Positions 48,329 through 62,220 of a stretch of DNA of 64,000 nucleotides are shown piece after piece. This DNA comes from Camelus dromedarius. Its lineage: Eukaryota. Within the stretch, counting starts at the first letter, position 1. Each line of letters begins with the position of its first letter. Made by a program: the position numbers and the translations under genes. The notes beneath the pieces are model-generated. The model saw only the letters and a list, made by a program, of their open reading frames with translations, was not told the origin of the DNA and ran no database searches. The stretch spans positions 28,150,001 to 28,214,000 of the forward strand of contig NC_087437.1 of NCBI RefSeq assembly GCF_036321535.1, read 5' to 3'.

Positions 48329-48844
48329 TGTTATCGAGTCCAAACTCCTGCTTGCCACATGACAGGCCAATAAATTGGGAGATGAGGTGTTGTGGCAAGG
48401 AATAATGGCTTTATTTGGAAAGCCAGCAGACAGAGAAGATGGGAGACTAGCATCCTAGAGAAGCATCTTACCCAAGTCAGAATTCAGGCCCCTTTTATAC
48501 TAAAAGGGGAGGGGAGTGTGGTTGGTTGTTGCAAACTTCTTGATATCAGAATCCTTTGTTCTTGCAGCTGTCCCAGTAGTTCAGGTCATGATTTCCTTTA
48601 AACCTCCAATAAGACAAATGTTATTCTCTGTTCTGCAACTTTTTATCTCTATATGAATGGAAAAGTGTTACACCATTAAAGCTTGGAGCCTTGGAGAATG
48701 GACTATCCTGTATATTTCAGAGTATAGGCAACCTTTTTTTTTTTAAGTTGCAGAACCAGTATGACTAAGCACAGGAACAGAACACAGTGTTAGAGCAAAA
48801 GGAACAGATCTAATGTGGAGTCAGATTTGTTTGTCCCTATTACA
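48329..48844 (-). mobile_element. ERV1-class solo LTR with 4-bp TSD (GTTT)
   Basis: gttt|TGTTA...TTACA|gttt; on minus strand TATAAAA (48499-48493) followed by AATAAA (~48415-48410). Confidence 0.85.
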
Positions 48845-50039
48845 GTTTCACTGGGTATGAACAAGCTTATAACTGAATATAAAATTGGGAGACGGTCTCA
48901 GTTCTTCTCTGTCAAAACTTTTTGTAATTTTTTTTCCTTGTATCATTGCAGTGCACATGTTTGCTAGGATTTGTCTAGCCATAACTTTCTTAATTAGTCT
49001 TGGCATTTAAATTCCCCTTATTTGAAAAGACAATATTTTTCATCATCAGAAAATTTTCTTCTGAATACATTTTGTTTTGTTTTATTTAATATCTGTTCTT
49101 CTCAAGTGTTTTTTAAAAATCATGTAACTGGTTTTTATGGTTCTGTTATTTTGCTGGGTCAGGTCTCTCCTTTACTGTCAACAACACAGTTTTTAATTCC
49201 ACTATAAAGTTTTAATTTCCTTGAAAGAGTTAAATTTGTTTTTTTTAATCTTGAGATGTTCTTTTTTTTTTTCCTTTTCAAATATTTCTGCCTTGTTCCA
49301 TCCTAATAAAACTGTATAAAACAACTTTCTGAAATGTATTGTGATACCTATAGTAAATAAGTCTGAGTGATACCTTTTACTTCGGAGTGTTAATTATGAC
49401 TTTTGTTTACTTTGCTCTATAGTTTTTTTCCTTCATAAGAATATTGTTAATTTTTTTCTGCTACTAATCAAAGAACAGAGACCAAGCAATGCCCAGTACT
49501 TGTCAAAAACAATATAGTTTCCCTTATTCTGTTCTTAAATGATGATAAAAACAACTTCCCAGAATTGTAGTTGGACAAAAGTCCCAATTTCCAGAGTATA
49601 ATGAGTACACATAGCTTGCAAGTAGACAGACATAAGTTTTATCTCTTAATTTTCAGCTTCTCAACATTTTAAATCAACCTTAGTTAACTTCAAAATCACA
49701 ACCCACAGTGTGCATGTCAACTAGGAAGCTTCCTGTTGCCACAGCCTGTCCTTTTTCACTATCTTTTACCCATTGGTTTTCTGATAGTATTGTCTCAGGT
49801 GGGTGAGGTGGTTTTGCTAATGCTCTGAACAAAGGTTTTATTGATCAAGAATTGCGATTTATTAACTCAGCATTATGAATCTTTCAGTGAACAGGATTGC
49901 CTATAAGACTTCCTTTTTCAGAGTGATGCGTTCTTGTGTGTGTGTGTGTGTGCACGTGCATGTGTATGTGAGATTATTTAAAGGAACAGTGTCAGATATC
50001 ACTTAAGCCACAATTAAGTTTTTCTTAAAGGAAGAGTAG

Positions 50040-50560
50040 GAATTTCCTAGTTGGAGACAGGAGGGGAGGCATCCTCATAAAGAGAAATGCCATGTTCAAA
50101 GACAGAAGAGTGGGACATAGTGGCATGTTTGGCAGACACAATAATTTCAGTGCCGGATAAAAGCATAAATGTGTGAGTAGTGGGAATCTTGTTGGAGAAA
50201 GAAATGTAAGCGGCTTGCTGGCTCCAGATTGTGTAAAACTGGACATGTTTGTAGATGGGTTCTGTGGTTGGTGGGGAAGCCCATAAGGAGTTCATCGCAG
50301 CAGTGATGTGACTATTTTGTGATTTGAGACAGGTGGTGACTGTGTGAAAGATGGATAAACGAGAAAAAGAGGTGCCAGAGTAACCAATTAGGAGTCTTTT
50401 ATAAGAGTCTGTGTGTCTTAATGAAAGACTTAACTAAAGCAAGGCCAGTGGAATTTGTGAGATATTTTATTCACAGAATTAAGAGGACAAATTGGTGAAA
50501 GGAATATAGTTTCAGAAGTGAAGGGAGGGCTTCAGGTATTAAAGAGAGAAATTGAAGTAA
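50040..50560 (-). mobile_element. L2 fragment
   Basis: Purine-rich antisense L2 pattern (ggggaagcccataaggagtt...gcagtgatgtga...accaattaggagtcttt...cttaactaaagc). Confidence 0.55.
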
Positions 50561-50969
50561 TGTGATTAATGAAGAAATAAAAACCTATGGGAGAGTAAAT
50601 TGGTCCAAATCTTATCAGGTCAATTTGCTGAATCACAATAATATATATATCTTATAAATATATATAAGCTTTGATCTCATAAATGTACCTCTGGATTTGT
50701 CCTATGACATTCTTGTACACATGTTAAAAATAATTTACATACAAGTTTGTTCACTACCAGAGTATTATTCATACCAAAATATTGAAAAAAATTCCGGTAT
50801 ATATCAGTAAGATATTATTTAAGTAAATTATGTATATCCATCTAATGGATTACAAAGCAATGATTTAAGAAAAGAAAAAGGCATGTTTCTATGTATTGGT
50901 AGAAAATGATCTACAAAGTGTTAAAGTTTTAGTTTTTTAAGTGTGAAACACTGGGTTGGAATATACTTT

Positions 50970-52362
50970 TTTAAATTTAACAGCTTTATTGAGATTGAAT
51001 TGGCATACAATAAACCGTACATATTTCAAGTGTAACATTTGATGTATTTGGGCAAATATATACACAAATGAAACCGTCATTGCAATCAAGTTAATGAACA
51101 TATCTATAACCTCCTAAAATTTCCTTCTCCTTTTTAATTCCTTCTCCTTTCTTCACAACCTTCTCTACTCCCATTTAGTGTTTTGTCACTGACCTGTTTC
51201 CTGCTACTAGAGATTGGTTTGCATTTTATAGAAGTTTATATATGTGTATAATCATATAGTATTTTGTCCTGTCTTTTGGTCTTACTTGTTTTACTCAGTA
51301 TGTTTATTTTGTGATTCAGACATGTTGTTGCATTTATCTATGGTTGTTTTTATTTTATTACTGAATAGTATTCCATCGTATGATAAACTACAATTTTTTA
51401 GACATCCATCTTTTGATGGATATTAAAATTGTTCCTAGATTTTGGGTATCAAAAATAAAGTTGTCAAGCTGTCATGAACATTTTAGTGCAGGACTTTTTT
51501 TTTTTTTGAGTGCAGGACTTTTATGGACATATGCTTTCCATTTTCTTGGGTAATAACTAGAAAAATGTTTAAGTCGTATGGCAAATGTGCATTTAACATT
51601 TTATGAAATTGCCAAACTATTTCTAAAACAGTAGCACCATTTTATATTCTCAACAGCGTATGAGAATTTAAGTTGCTCTACATATTCTCCAAGACTGAGT
51701 ATGGTCAATCTTTTAAATTGTAGATATTTTATTGTAAGTATGGTGGAGTCTTATTATGGAATTAATTTGTATTTCCCTAACGTTGAATTATGTTGAATAT
51801 ATTTTAATGGGATTATTTGCTATCCATATATTTATATTTATATATCCTATATCTATATATATAGATGAAGTGTCTATTCAGACCTTTATTTTTCAACTGG
51901 GCTGTGTGTCTACTTATTATTAAGTTTAAAGTTACATATTCTAGATATAAGTGCTTTCATATATTTTGCAAATGTTTTCTCTCAGTCTATGGTGTGCATT
52001 TTCATTGTCTTGAGAATATATTTTGAAGAGAAAATGATTTTAATTTTGATAAAGTTTAATTTATTAACTATCTTTTTGTAGTTTATGTATTTTGTGGCAT
52101 CATTCAGAAATCTTTGTCCAACTAAGTAACTAAGATTTTCCCTGTGTTTTCCTCTTGAAGTTCTAGAGTTATATCTTTTATATTTAGATGTATAATCTAT
52201 TTCGAGTGAATTTTTCTATATAGTGTGAGAGATAAGAGAGTCTAGTTTGATTTTTTCTTTTTCTTTTATTCTTTTTCTTTCTTCTTTCTTTCTTTCTTTC
52301 TTTCTTTCTTTCCTTTCTTTCCTTTCTTTCCTTCCTTTCTTTCTTTTCTTTCTTTCTTTCTT

Positions 52363-52393
<31 letters not shown>

Positions 52394-52555
52394 TTCTTGC
52401 ACATAGGTGTTTAACTTTTCAACACCTTTTATTGAAAAGACTATTGTTTCCCCCTTTGAATTGCTTAGGCACTTTTGTCAAAAAATCAGTTGACTGTATA
52501 CACATGGATATATAGATCTATAGATCTAAACTTTCTGTTCTGTTCCCTTGATTCA
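50970..52555 (-). mobile_element. L1MC/L1MD-type 3' portion
   Basis: tttaacagctttattgagattgaattggcatacaataaaccgtacatatttcaagtgt; antisense ORF2 C-terminus follows. Confidence 0.8.
52252..52398. repeat. (CTTT)n/(CT)n microsatellite
   Basis: Directly visible; explains the K/E/R-rich ORFs at 52184-52404. Confidence 0.95.
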
Positions 52556-52879
52556 CACTCCGGGACTTAGTGCCTATATCAAAAAAGAAATTGCTCTACT
52601 GCCCTGAAAAACTAAAAAAGTTATGTGCCAGTCACAATCCTGGCAGGAGATGGCTGGAACTTCTCAATGTGAATGAATTTAATAAGGGGAACTTTGACAG
52701 AGTCTTGGATAGGAAGGGAAATCCACAGAAGAACATTGGTATTATGAAAAAGAATGTCCCTAGGACCTCTCTTCGGTAGAATTGGCATCAGTGATACACC
52801 ACTCCATTTCAAACATGCGATTACAGTATATAGTAATTAATTCTGAGAAAACGTACACATGATTTAAAAATATAAAACC

Positions 52880-53340
52880 AGGAGCCAGGAAGTGCTAATC
52901 ATAAAAAAAGTTCCAAGTAGAGGGAATATCATATGTAATGATCAGCTAATGAAAGGTAGAATGGCACATTTTTTTAAACTATAAAAATGTCAGAATGGTT
53001 GAAACCAAATGTAAGAAGGAGAGCAATCAAAAATGAACCTGTAGAAACAGAAAGAGGCCAGGCCACATAGGGCCTTATAAATCAAATTAGAGACGTAGAT
53101 CTTTATCCCAGGAGTAATAGGAAGGCATTGAGGAGTAAAATGGTGAGTGGAAAGTAACATAATTTAATGTGCAATTTGAAAAGAATTTTTGTTTGATGAA
53201 CTCCATCAATTTTTTCACAGTATAAAATGTGGGGATCCTACCTAGAAAGCCACTGCAGCATTTCAGGAGAAAGGTTTAGAAAGGCAACAGTGGAGAACAG
53301 ACAGTGGAATTGGTATAGAGGGTTAAAGAAAGATATCATG
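52880..53340 (-). mobile_element. L2 fragment
   Basis: gaggccaggccacatagggccttataaatc...atctttatcccaggagtaataggaaggcattgagga. Confidence 0.6.
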
Positions 53341-53459
53341 ATTATTGAACTTTCAGAAATACCTATGATACTTTTACTTCCTTCCCCAATCTAGGGAATG
53401 TTTTTTTAAGAACTAGGGCTATTCTGAGAATTGATAAAACTACTCTGGGCTGAGAGCCA

Positions 53460-54017
53460 TTTCTGGACCTATTAGCATTCAGTTACATTTTTTTTTTCCA
53501 GCTCTCCCCTGTTCTTTTTCACAATGGCTGATCCCTGCAGAATCCATTTACCAGGCTGACTTTAAACTGAGTTCAGCCAGTCAAGACTCTTGTGGGAGAC
53601 TGAAGGATGGGAGAAAGAAGTCAAAGTAATTTTCTCTTTCTCTGCCTTGGGTGATATTTCTCTTTTTCTTTCTCATCTTTTCCTCTTTCTTTTTCTCTTA
53701 CTTGTGCTTTCTCTTCCCCTCTTTCTCTCTTTTAGATGGTGCCTCCAGCCATGGATGTGTCTATTCCTCTAGTTCACACCAGACAAGCCTGATGTGTTTC
53801 TAGCTTCCTTTAGTGATTTCAGCCCCTAGAATTTCATAATACATCCTCCCTTTGGCTCTACAGCCTAGGTCAATAGTAGCTTTCTGCTGTTGTTAATCTC
53901 TGGGTTGCCTTCATGTACTTTATTTGACTTCTCAGCCATCTCATCACTTAAACCAAATCCCCTCTGGTTTAAATTCTTAGAGTTTTCTATTTTCCTGTTT
54001 GGATCCTGAGTGATATA
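53460..54017 (+). mobile_element. LTR33-like ERVL LTR
   Basis: ggctgatccctgcaga...gggagactgaaggatgggagaaag...cagcctaggtcaatagtagctttctgctgttgttaatctctgggttgcct...tttcctg...tgatata. Confidence 0.65.
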
Positions 54018-55632
54018 AGCCTCAAAGCTAAAATCTGGAACTAATAATTGTAAATGTTTAAGATACGCATCACAAGTTTGGCTCTGTCAAGGGCAGCTTC
54101 CAGGTCACTGCAAGAGGTACTCTCTATGGATTAAGAGAAGCAGTAGTATAATAAATTAAGCACTGAATTCTTTTGTTTCACTAGGCAGTCCAATAGCTCA
54201 TAGTTTTTTTTTCCCAAAACAGAAATGCTTTTAAAGAGTAAAGATTCATTTTTTATATACTCAATCAGTAGGGATCCATTCTAAGACTTTGATCTTAGAA
54301 TACTGTTGCTTTATGCTTGTCCTTCATAACATCCCAACTACATATAGTAAGTATTCTGAGCCAGATGGTCAGTTTTTCTGAACCTCTTTCAAAATGCTTT
54401 TTAAAGATTTATTATTGAAAACTATAAATAATCATATAAAATAATAATTTTACCAAAATCTGTTATTGTCAGCAGTCAGGCATTTATCAAGCACCTACTA
54501 AATGAGAGCCATGTTTTCACACATAATATTTGATGTCATTTCCCTTGCTTGTCACAATAAAAAGTTAAGAAACTGATACCCAGAGGGGTTAATCAAATTG
54601 CAGAAGGTCATTTTAATAGAAGATGGTGTCTCCCTTATGAATAGCTATAGCCAATTTGTTTTATTTTTGGTATTCTTTAAACTAAATCTATCTTTTTAAA
54701 TTTGGTCCAGTTGGGCCAAATACTAACTAGACATCAAAGAGAAATGACATATTAGGTCATATAACTTGATGGAAAACAGCAATATTATAATTAAAATATT
54801 GCAACATATGGAGGCAAAATGAAAATGTCTGAAAGAATTAAAATCACATTGAAAGACTAAGCCTTTCTCTACAGTAAAGTCTAGCATATTAAACAGACTG
54901 AAAAAGCTTCCGTATCATTCAGCTTTCTAAGTTTCATGCAGCAGAAAACAATTCTGAATAAATTATTCAAGTACATTTTTGAAAGGAAATGGGCTACATA
55001 AGACCTAAAATAAGTTCAGTTTTTAAAACCTGTTCAGTTAGAACAGGATGAAGTTCATCAAAGGCCCTAGCCAGGAATATTACTTCTATGGTTAAAAAAA
55101 AAAATAGGACCTGTTGTTTTGCCCTGATAACAAACCACAGTTGAAGGGTGTTTGGTGGTTTAAAGTCTATGAGTCAGGGGACACCAGGAATCCGTCTCAG
55201 TCCAGCCATCCTGGTGTCCATCTTGACTGTAGGTAAATACTTATGTTAATGTACTCAGAAAACTATAATACTGGTGGTGCAGAGCCAATTTGTTGGGTGA
55301 TGGTCCTTTAGAGGAATTATCTACCATCGTGGCACCTTGAGGAACCACTGTGGTCTGATCTAAACAGGAATTTAATAACAATTCAGTCTCTTTAGACTAT
55401 TCAGGTTTCATCAGGGATGACCTGGAGCTTATAATAGAAATAGCAGTGAGACGAAATGACTAGTAGAGCGAGGACTGTAGCCTTAATAGGATAGGTGTCT
55501 GGTTGTCCAGGGCTTGTCTCCTGGCTTCCATTGATAAGCACACAATCTTCAGCTCCTGTAAGGATAGTAGCATCACTGATCTTCAAATACATCTTCAAAC
55601 ATGGTTCTGAAGCAATTCCAGGTCTTAGGCAT

Positions 55633-56140
55633 TGTGTGGTAGGCAGAATAATGGCCCTCTAAAGATGTGATGCCCTAATCTCGGAAACCTCTGAGTATGT
55701 TATTTTACATGGCAAAAGGGGTTGCGGGGGTGTGGTTAAGTTTCTTGAGCTGAGAAGACTGTCCTTGATTACCCTTGTGGGGCCACTCTGATCATGAGTT
55801 CCTAAACTAAAAAACAAACAATCAAAAAACCCCCTTCCCTAACTGTATTCATAGACAGATGTGATGACAGAAAAGGGTCAGAGAAATGCAGTGTTGCTGG
55901 CTTTTAAAGAAAGAGGAAGGAGACCATGATCTAAGAAATGTGAACAGCTTCTTGAATCTGGAAATGGCAAGGAAACAGATGCACTTCTAGAGTCTCCAGA
56001 AAGGAACACAGTCCTGCCAATATCTTGATTTTTAACCCAGTGAGGCTAGCTAGTGTCAGACTTCTGACACGCAGCACTGTAAGACCATATAGTATTGTAT
56101 TCTTTTAGGCCACTAAGTTTATGATATTTTGTTACAACAC
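55633..56140 (+). mobile_element. MLT1D-like LTR
   Basis: tgtggtaggcagaataatggccc...ttacatggcaaaaggg...ctagagtctccagaaaggaacacagtcctgccaa. Confidence 0.85.
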
Positions 56141-56295
56141 TGTAGTGAGTTGAATGGTGACCTCCAAAAAAGATATGGCCATATCCTAAGCTCCAGGACC
56201 TGTGAATGTGACCTTATTTGTAGATGTAAATAACTTTCTTGGGTGGATTATCCAGATGGTCGTAAATCCAATAACAATGTTCCTTATAAGGAACA
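56141..56295 (+). mobile_element. MLT1C-like LTR 5' fragment abutting the MLT1D
   Basis: tgtagtgagttgaatggtgacctccaaaaaagatatg...acctgtgaatgtgaccttattt. Confidence 0.7.
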
Positions 56296-57559
56296 TTCAT
56301 AATAGGTGATAATACACATTTATATTAGGTAAAAATACATAGATTTGCTGTGAAGATTAAATAAAATAATGCATCTTAAGTTTTCATCACAAAAAATTTT
56401 AAAAAGCCCTTAAGAAATGTCAACAACTGTTTTCTTAATTTCTTAAGAAATAGTTGTATCCGATAATCCTCAATAATCAATCAGGTTTAATAACATTTTT
56501 GTGCACCTATTTTATTTATATATATATATATATAAATATACATAATATACACACATGGAACTGTCAAGAGAACCTGGGAATGTAGATGTTAGTAAGAAAT
56601 CATTTATATTTTCAGTAAGCTCAGAGTCTGGGCTTAATTGCTTAATTTTTTAAATAAACAGCATCAAGCTTCATTCAATAAGGGCATAGTAGGTATTACC
56701 AAAAACACACGTTCATTAAACATTATACAGTACTTCCAGGTTTTACAAATAATTTCATGCATTTATTAAAAAAAAACTTGGGTTCACTTCCTGGGAAAGG
56801 TGCTGTGATAAAAAGTTTGGTGATTTGGAAATAACAAGACACCATTTGTTTTCAGAGGCAAACGATCAATTGAGAGATTGTGATAATTGCTGTAGGAGAG
56901 GTATATGCAAAACTGGTGAGAGGGAAAAGGAAAGATTAGCCTTGCTTTTGCATTTTGAATGCTTCATTCAGAAAGTAGATAAATTTTAATTCATCTTGGG
57001 GTATTTCAGTAATTTTAAGTCTAATAATTTACTTTGTCTAGTGATTTAGTTCCATTGTTGCATTGCAAGTTGTTGGCATCAGAGCCCATAGACTGGAAGA
57101 TGTGTTGTCTTTGTACTCCAGCTGCTTCTGCTTCTGCTTCTTGGACTAGAAATCATTCTGCATCACTCTCACTCTCCTGCAAAATAGAAATGACACTAAT
57201 CCAGAGGCTTACATTTAAACACTTGTTCTGTAAAGTTTTCTGGATGGCATTACTTACACTTTATTTTTAAAATGTATATTTATTTATAAAAATCAATTAT
57301 TGTCCTGTGGGAAAACTGCCACCTCACCACTCTCCCTTGCCCCCTGTACTGGATAGAGGCACAAAGATACAGAACTGTCTTAGGCATGATTATTTCCTTA
57401 TGCCTATTTGTCCCACTAGGTTCATCTCTGTGATGAAGAGGGAAAGAAATCATGGAAGCATAGACCCCTCCATACCCACTGAGCAAGACTGACTCATGTG
57501 GCCCCACTGTAATTATTCATAAAATACCCTGTTCTATTTCCTAACAAATTTAATAGTAA

Positions 57560-57765
57560 TCAAGGCTGGCAGCATTTTAAGTCATATTTTAACTCCACAG
57601 TATAGGCTTATGTATAAGTACTCCTATTATTTGTGCTTTACAGATGGGAAAACTGAGGTACAGAAAGGATAACTTGCTAAATGTCACACAGCAATTGGTA
57701 GAGACAAAATTTGAACCTGATATTCTATTTCAAGAGTCTGCACTCCTTACCCGTCTGCATCATAT
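57560..57765 (-). mobile_element. MIR SINE
   Basis: tttacagatgggaaaactgaggtacagaaagg..aacttgctaaatgtcacacagc...atttgaacctga. Confidence 0.8.
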
Positions 57766-59511
57766 TTCTATTAGGAAAGTTTTTACACTTGTTCAAAACT
57801 GCCTTATTTCCAAAACTTAGTCCTTGTAATTTCCAATGATTTTTCACAGATTAATTGTATCCCTTAACTTTTAGAATTGTAAAATATTACTCTTGGAGGA
57901 GTCTACAGAAATCAGCTAGATTGCTAGACAAACATGTTGTTACTAGGTGGAGAATTTTAATGCAGTGCCCATAATACTAATCCTTCAAATATTTTAAATT
58001 CATTAAATCAACTATCATATTTAACTGAAAACTATCTCATTTCAAGATGAAATATTATTAGATCTATTCACTATTGCTCCTGTAAAATGGTCCCGTTTTT
58101 TCACCACTCTTCTACACAAACAGCAGTCTCAGTGTCTTCTGAAAATACAGCACTAAGAATCTCACATAGCCCTCCCAAGGTGGGTTCTTACCCAAAGCGG
58201 TGTGGGATAATTACAACTCTAGACTCAGGTTTTACAATTCCATGAATACTGACATCGCTTCCAATGGCTTTGAGATGCACACACACACACACATATATAA
58301 ACTCTGGGCTTTTCCCCTCTTTCTTTCTTTCTTGCATTTTATCTTATATTTGACCTGTTAAGAACCTTTTGATTTAGCCTAAGTTTTCTTAGGCCATTCT
58401 AGCCTGGCATTTAGTAGGCCTACAATAATAATAATGATAGTAATTCTCACCCAATACTCCATCAGTTGATTTCTTGAATATCAGTTTTTCTCATATCCCC
58501 CCCCCCTTTTGGGATTAAGTTAAATAACATTAAATAACACATGGACCACTTCCTTAATATCTTAAAAGGTAGTATCTATCAACTTATCACTCCTAATTAT
58601 TTTATCTTATTCTGTACTATTCCTGAGTGATCAAGTGGTCATTGTGTTTACTTCCTAGAGATTCTGCTCTTGTTATTCCCCATTTTAGGACTTCTTAATT
58701 TGTTTTTGTGTGTATCAGGTAAGTTTTGTTTTGATGAATGTTTTGGGACAATCCATCTAGTATTTTGCCAGACTTATACATTATAGTCATCTGAGGTCAG
58801 TTTCCAGAATACCCTTTTGGAAAATCAAGGTGTTACTTATAATTACCAATATTCTGAAAAATTTTTATATTTCATTATATTATAAAGATTATAGTATGAG
58901 GTTATTTTACAATAGGGCTGATAATATACCTGATAATTATTGTAAGTAGCCTGAGATAAAGTCTACCTGGTTCTGGAATTTTTAATTAGCTTAAATTGGA
59001 CAGGAATCAATAACTTTAATTATATATAGTAAAATGAATAAGTATAGTTTGGAAAAGAGGGATTGACCACCTTAATAAGGACCTGCAAGATCACACTTGT
59101 CTTGGTGAATTTACCATCATTCAGGATCCAAACTTTAACCTTGGGTAATTGGAAACATGATTAATTAGCAAACCAAGAATAACTCCAGTCAAGCACCAAG
59201 AAGCAATTATTAGCCAACTTTATAGCAGTTGAGCTTTGAAGCCTGCACTCATTGCTTCAGGATGGATTAAACATAGACAGAGAATAAATAATGTCTGGAC
59301 AATTGAATATACTCAATATGTGGAGTTTCTCTCAGAACTTGGGAATTAGGTAGAAGAGACAACTATATAGCAACATTTAAAACAGATTTTTAAATTTTAT
59401 CAAAGATACAAAATGACTTACAGGCTGTTGAGACTTGACTCTCTTCGGCCATTTGAAACATAAACAAGTCTGGGTCATGTTGCTTTATGGAGCTGTTTGG
59501 TCCTTTGTGAC

Positions 59512-59893
59512 TGTTGTGTACTGAATTTTGTCCCCCCAAATTCATATGTTGAAGCCCTAATACCCAATGTGGCAGTATTTGGAGATAGGTCCCTTAGGGA
59601 GGTAATAAAGATTAAAGTATGTAATAAGACTGGAGGCCTACTCAGGTAGGGCTGGTGTCCTTATAAGAAGAGGAAGAGACGACAGAGATCTCTCTCTCTA
59701 TCAGCACATCACAGAGGACAGGCCATGTGAAGACATAGTGAGATGTCAGGAAGAGACACCTCATCTGAAATTAACCCAAGCAGTGCCCTAACATTGGACT
59801 TCCCAGCCTCCAGAACGGGGAGAAAGCAAATTTCTCTTGTTTAAGCCACCCAGTCTATGGTATTTGTTATGGCAGCCTGAGCTGACTAATACA
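59512..59893 (+). mobile_element. MLT1A-like solo LTR
   Basis: tgttgtgtactgaattttgtccccccaaattcatatgttgaagcccta ... gtttaagccacccagtctatggtatttgttatggcagcctgagctgactaataca. Confidence 0.9.
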
Positions 59894-60219
59894 CACTCAG
59901 AGCATTTTTCAGTCATGGGAACTCCATGTTCTCACTCACACCTGCCCGGAGAAGACTGGGCAGGAGTCATGTTGAGCCGAGATGGGGAAGAGAGAGGAGA
60001 AGGATTGTGCCTTAAATGCCACAGATTCTCTTTGTTCTTATCTAATTTTAGTACATTTTCTTGAAGAAATATTTCTTCATTTGATATAAGACCTTAGAGG
60101 CTTTTTTATAGGCTTTAATTTTTTTTAATAGTTTAGCCAACTTTGCTTAGTTTCTGGGCCATGGAATACCTCATGATACAATACTGGAAGTTGCATATGA
60201 TTTTATATATTTTAAAATT

Positions 60220-60431
60220 TGGGGGGAGGGCCAAGACAGAGATAGGGAATTAAGAGGTACAACTTACTATGTATAAGATAAATAAGCTACAAGGATATAC
60301 TGTACAGCAACAGACAATGTAGCCAATATTCTATAATAACTTTAAATGGAGTATAATCTTTAAAAATATCACTGTGTTGTACACCTGAGACGAATACAGT
60401 GTTGTAAATCAACTATAATTCAATAAAAAAC
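60220..60431 (+). mobile_element. L1 3' UTR fragment (same type as the end of the 33.7-37.4 kb L1)
   Basis: gataaataagctacaaggatatactgtacagc...gtacacctgagacgaatacagtgttgtaaatcaactataattcaataaaaaa. Confidence 0.85.
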
Positions 60432-60789
60432 GAGGGTGAGAAATTATAAAAAGCTGCTAACAGTAATCTCTGAGGAGATGGATTAGAGTCTGAACAGGAG
60501 GGAAACTCAATCTTCATTGTATTCTCTTGTGTACAATTAATTCATTGAATGATTAAATGAATTTTATATATAAGTTGTTTCCTTTTATTGATTTTCATAC
60601 AAAAATATTTAAAATATATAATTATCTTTCCTTTGATATCTGAGGTCATTTCACTACATTAAATATTCGCAATTAAGCCTACAGTCTCAGTAGTTACTGA
60701 CCAACAGCTGTGGATGGGGCTGATGTCTTGACATTTCGGTACTAGAAGACCACTGAATACTCTCCTTATCCAGAAGGAAAATTACATAT

Positions 60790-61135
60790 AGCTTAATGTG
60801 GAAAGCAAGCCCTTCACATTCTGGCTACAACATGCGTTTTTAGCCATAATTCCTACTCAGCACAGTGTGATCTCTTATGCCCCTAAGCTCTTTTGTGACC
60901 TTGCAAGTTCTCCTTTTTCTGCTCCATTCCCTTACTTCAACAGATGCTGGCTTTTGTCCCTGTTTCCTCTGTGCTCCACATTGTGCTCACTGCCACTTCA
61001 TCACCTTAGCTATGAAATTCTGACATGTGTATGTCTGTTCTTCCCACTATATTAAGCTCCTTAAGGGCTTGTTCACCTCCAGGGCCCCCTTAGAGCCTGG
61101 CACATAGTAAATGTGGAAGAATGTTGATATAAATG
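60790..61135 (+). mobile_element. L2 3' fragment
   Basis: ttcccactatattaagctccttaagggc...agagcctggcacatagtaaatg. Confidence 0.6.
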
Positions 61136-61984
61136 GACAAAATGCAGGACTTTTAGAGACTAAATATGACTTACCTCATATGTCTTTGTCCTGAAAAGAA
61201 TTCATTTACTTCCTGCTATGAAAATGGGTTCAAAATGATGAAATTTTTGGAGAACATGTACAAAACAGAACCTGATCAGACTGTTATTGTGTAAAGCTGT
61301 GGGGGAAAAGAACTGAAGAAATGTGAAGATAATGGAAGTAAATGGTGAAAGGGCACCAGTAATGGAAAGGAATTGTAACTGTGCATCGTTCACACCCTAG
61401 CTTTAGAACACAGCTGTCCTCATTCATAGAATCATCAAATAATTGATCCATGTCCACTTACCTGACTTCATAACCTAAGAGATTCTCATTACACTCAGAG
61501 CCATTGCTAATATCCTTCAAATCAAAAATAGTTACTCATTCAAAATTGTCACAGAATAAAGCTGTTAAGTTCTGTCTTATCAATTTAAGTTTGCAGACCT
61601 GCATGTAGGAAACTTTGTAATCTTTACAAAATGGGGGGAAAAAGATATTCTTGACCTAGAAATAAATGCCTTTTCAGAAGGGCTACAAAAGATAATCTGA
61701 GAAATTTTCAGAAACAATCCTTATTCCCAGGGATTCTAATTGATTAATAAACACTCTTTAAAAATCTTTATTAATAAAATTTGAGAAAAGGACTTGGCAT
61801 TACATCTTATACTTCATCTAAGCCAAAAATCATCAAGAGGGAAATAAAAGAAGGAAATAAAGTTGGAAGATATTATAAGTGAGCCAAATTCACAAAACTG
61901 GTATTGGGACACACAGAACTAGAAGATGAACATTTCCAGTTTGGTAAGACTATTTTGACCCTGTATCCATATGATATTGTGATT

Positions 61985-62220
61985 TTATTATTCATTCATT
62001 CCATACTTTGGATACTTAATTGGGACCCTGCCCTGTAACAGTTTGTGGGGAAATGTGAGGAACAAAACAAACTCTTACCTTCATGGAGCTGTTATTCCAG
62101 TAGGAGGATACAGAGATGAACAAAGAGCGAATAGAGATATGACAGGTATAAGCGCTATAAAGACAAATGAAACAGGAATGAGGGATGGAGAATGTCTGAG
62201 ATGGGAAATTACTATTTTAA
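61985..62220 (-). mobile_element. L2 3' end
   Basis: ttcattcattcc...tacttaattgggaccctg...gaacaaaacaaactcttaccttcatggagc. Confidence 0.6.

Noticed and set aside
52184..52404. K/E/R-rich ORFs
   Set aside because: Antisense of the (CTTT)n microsatellite
58658..58718. Plus-strand signal-peptide-like mini-exon (ILLLLFPILGLLNLFLCVS|GTAAGT)
   Set aside because: Isolated, no start codon or partner exons found; T-rich DNA readily gives hydrophobic peptides
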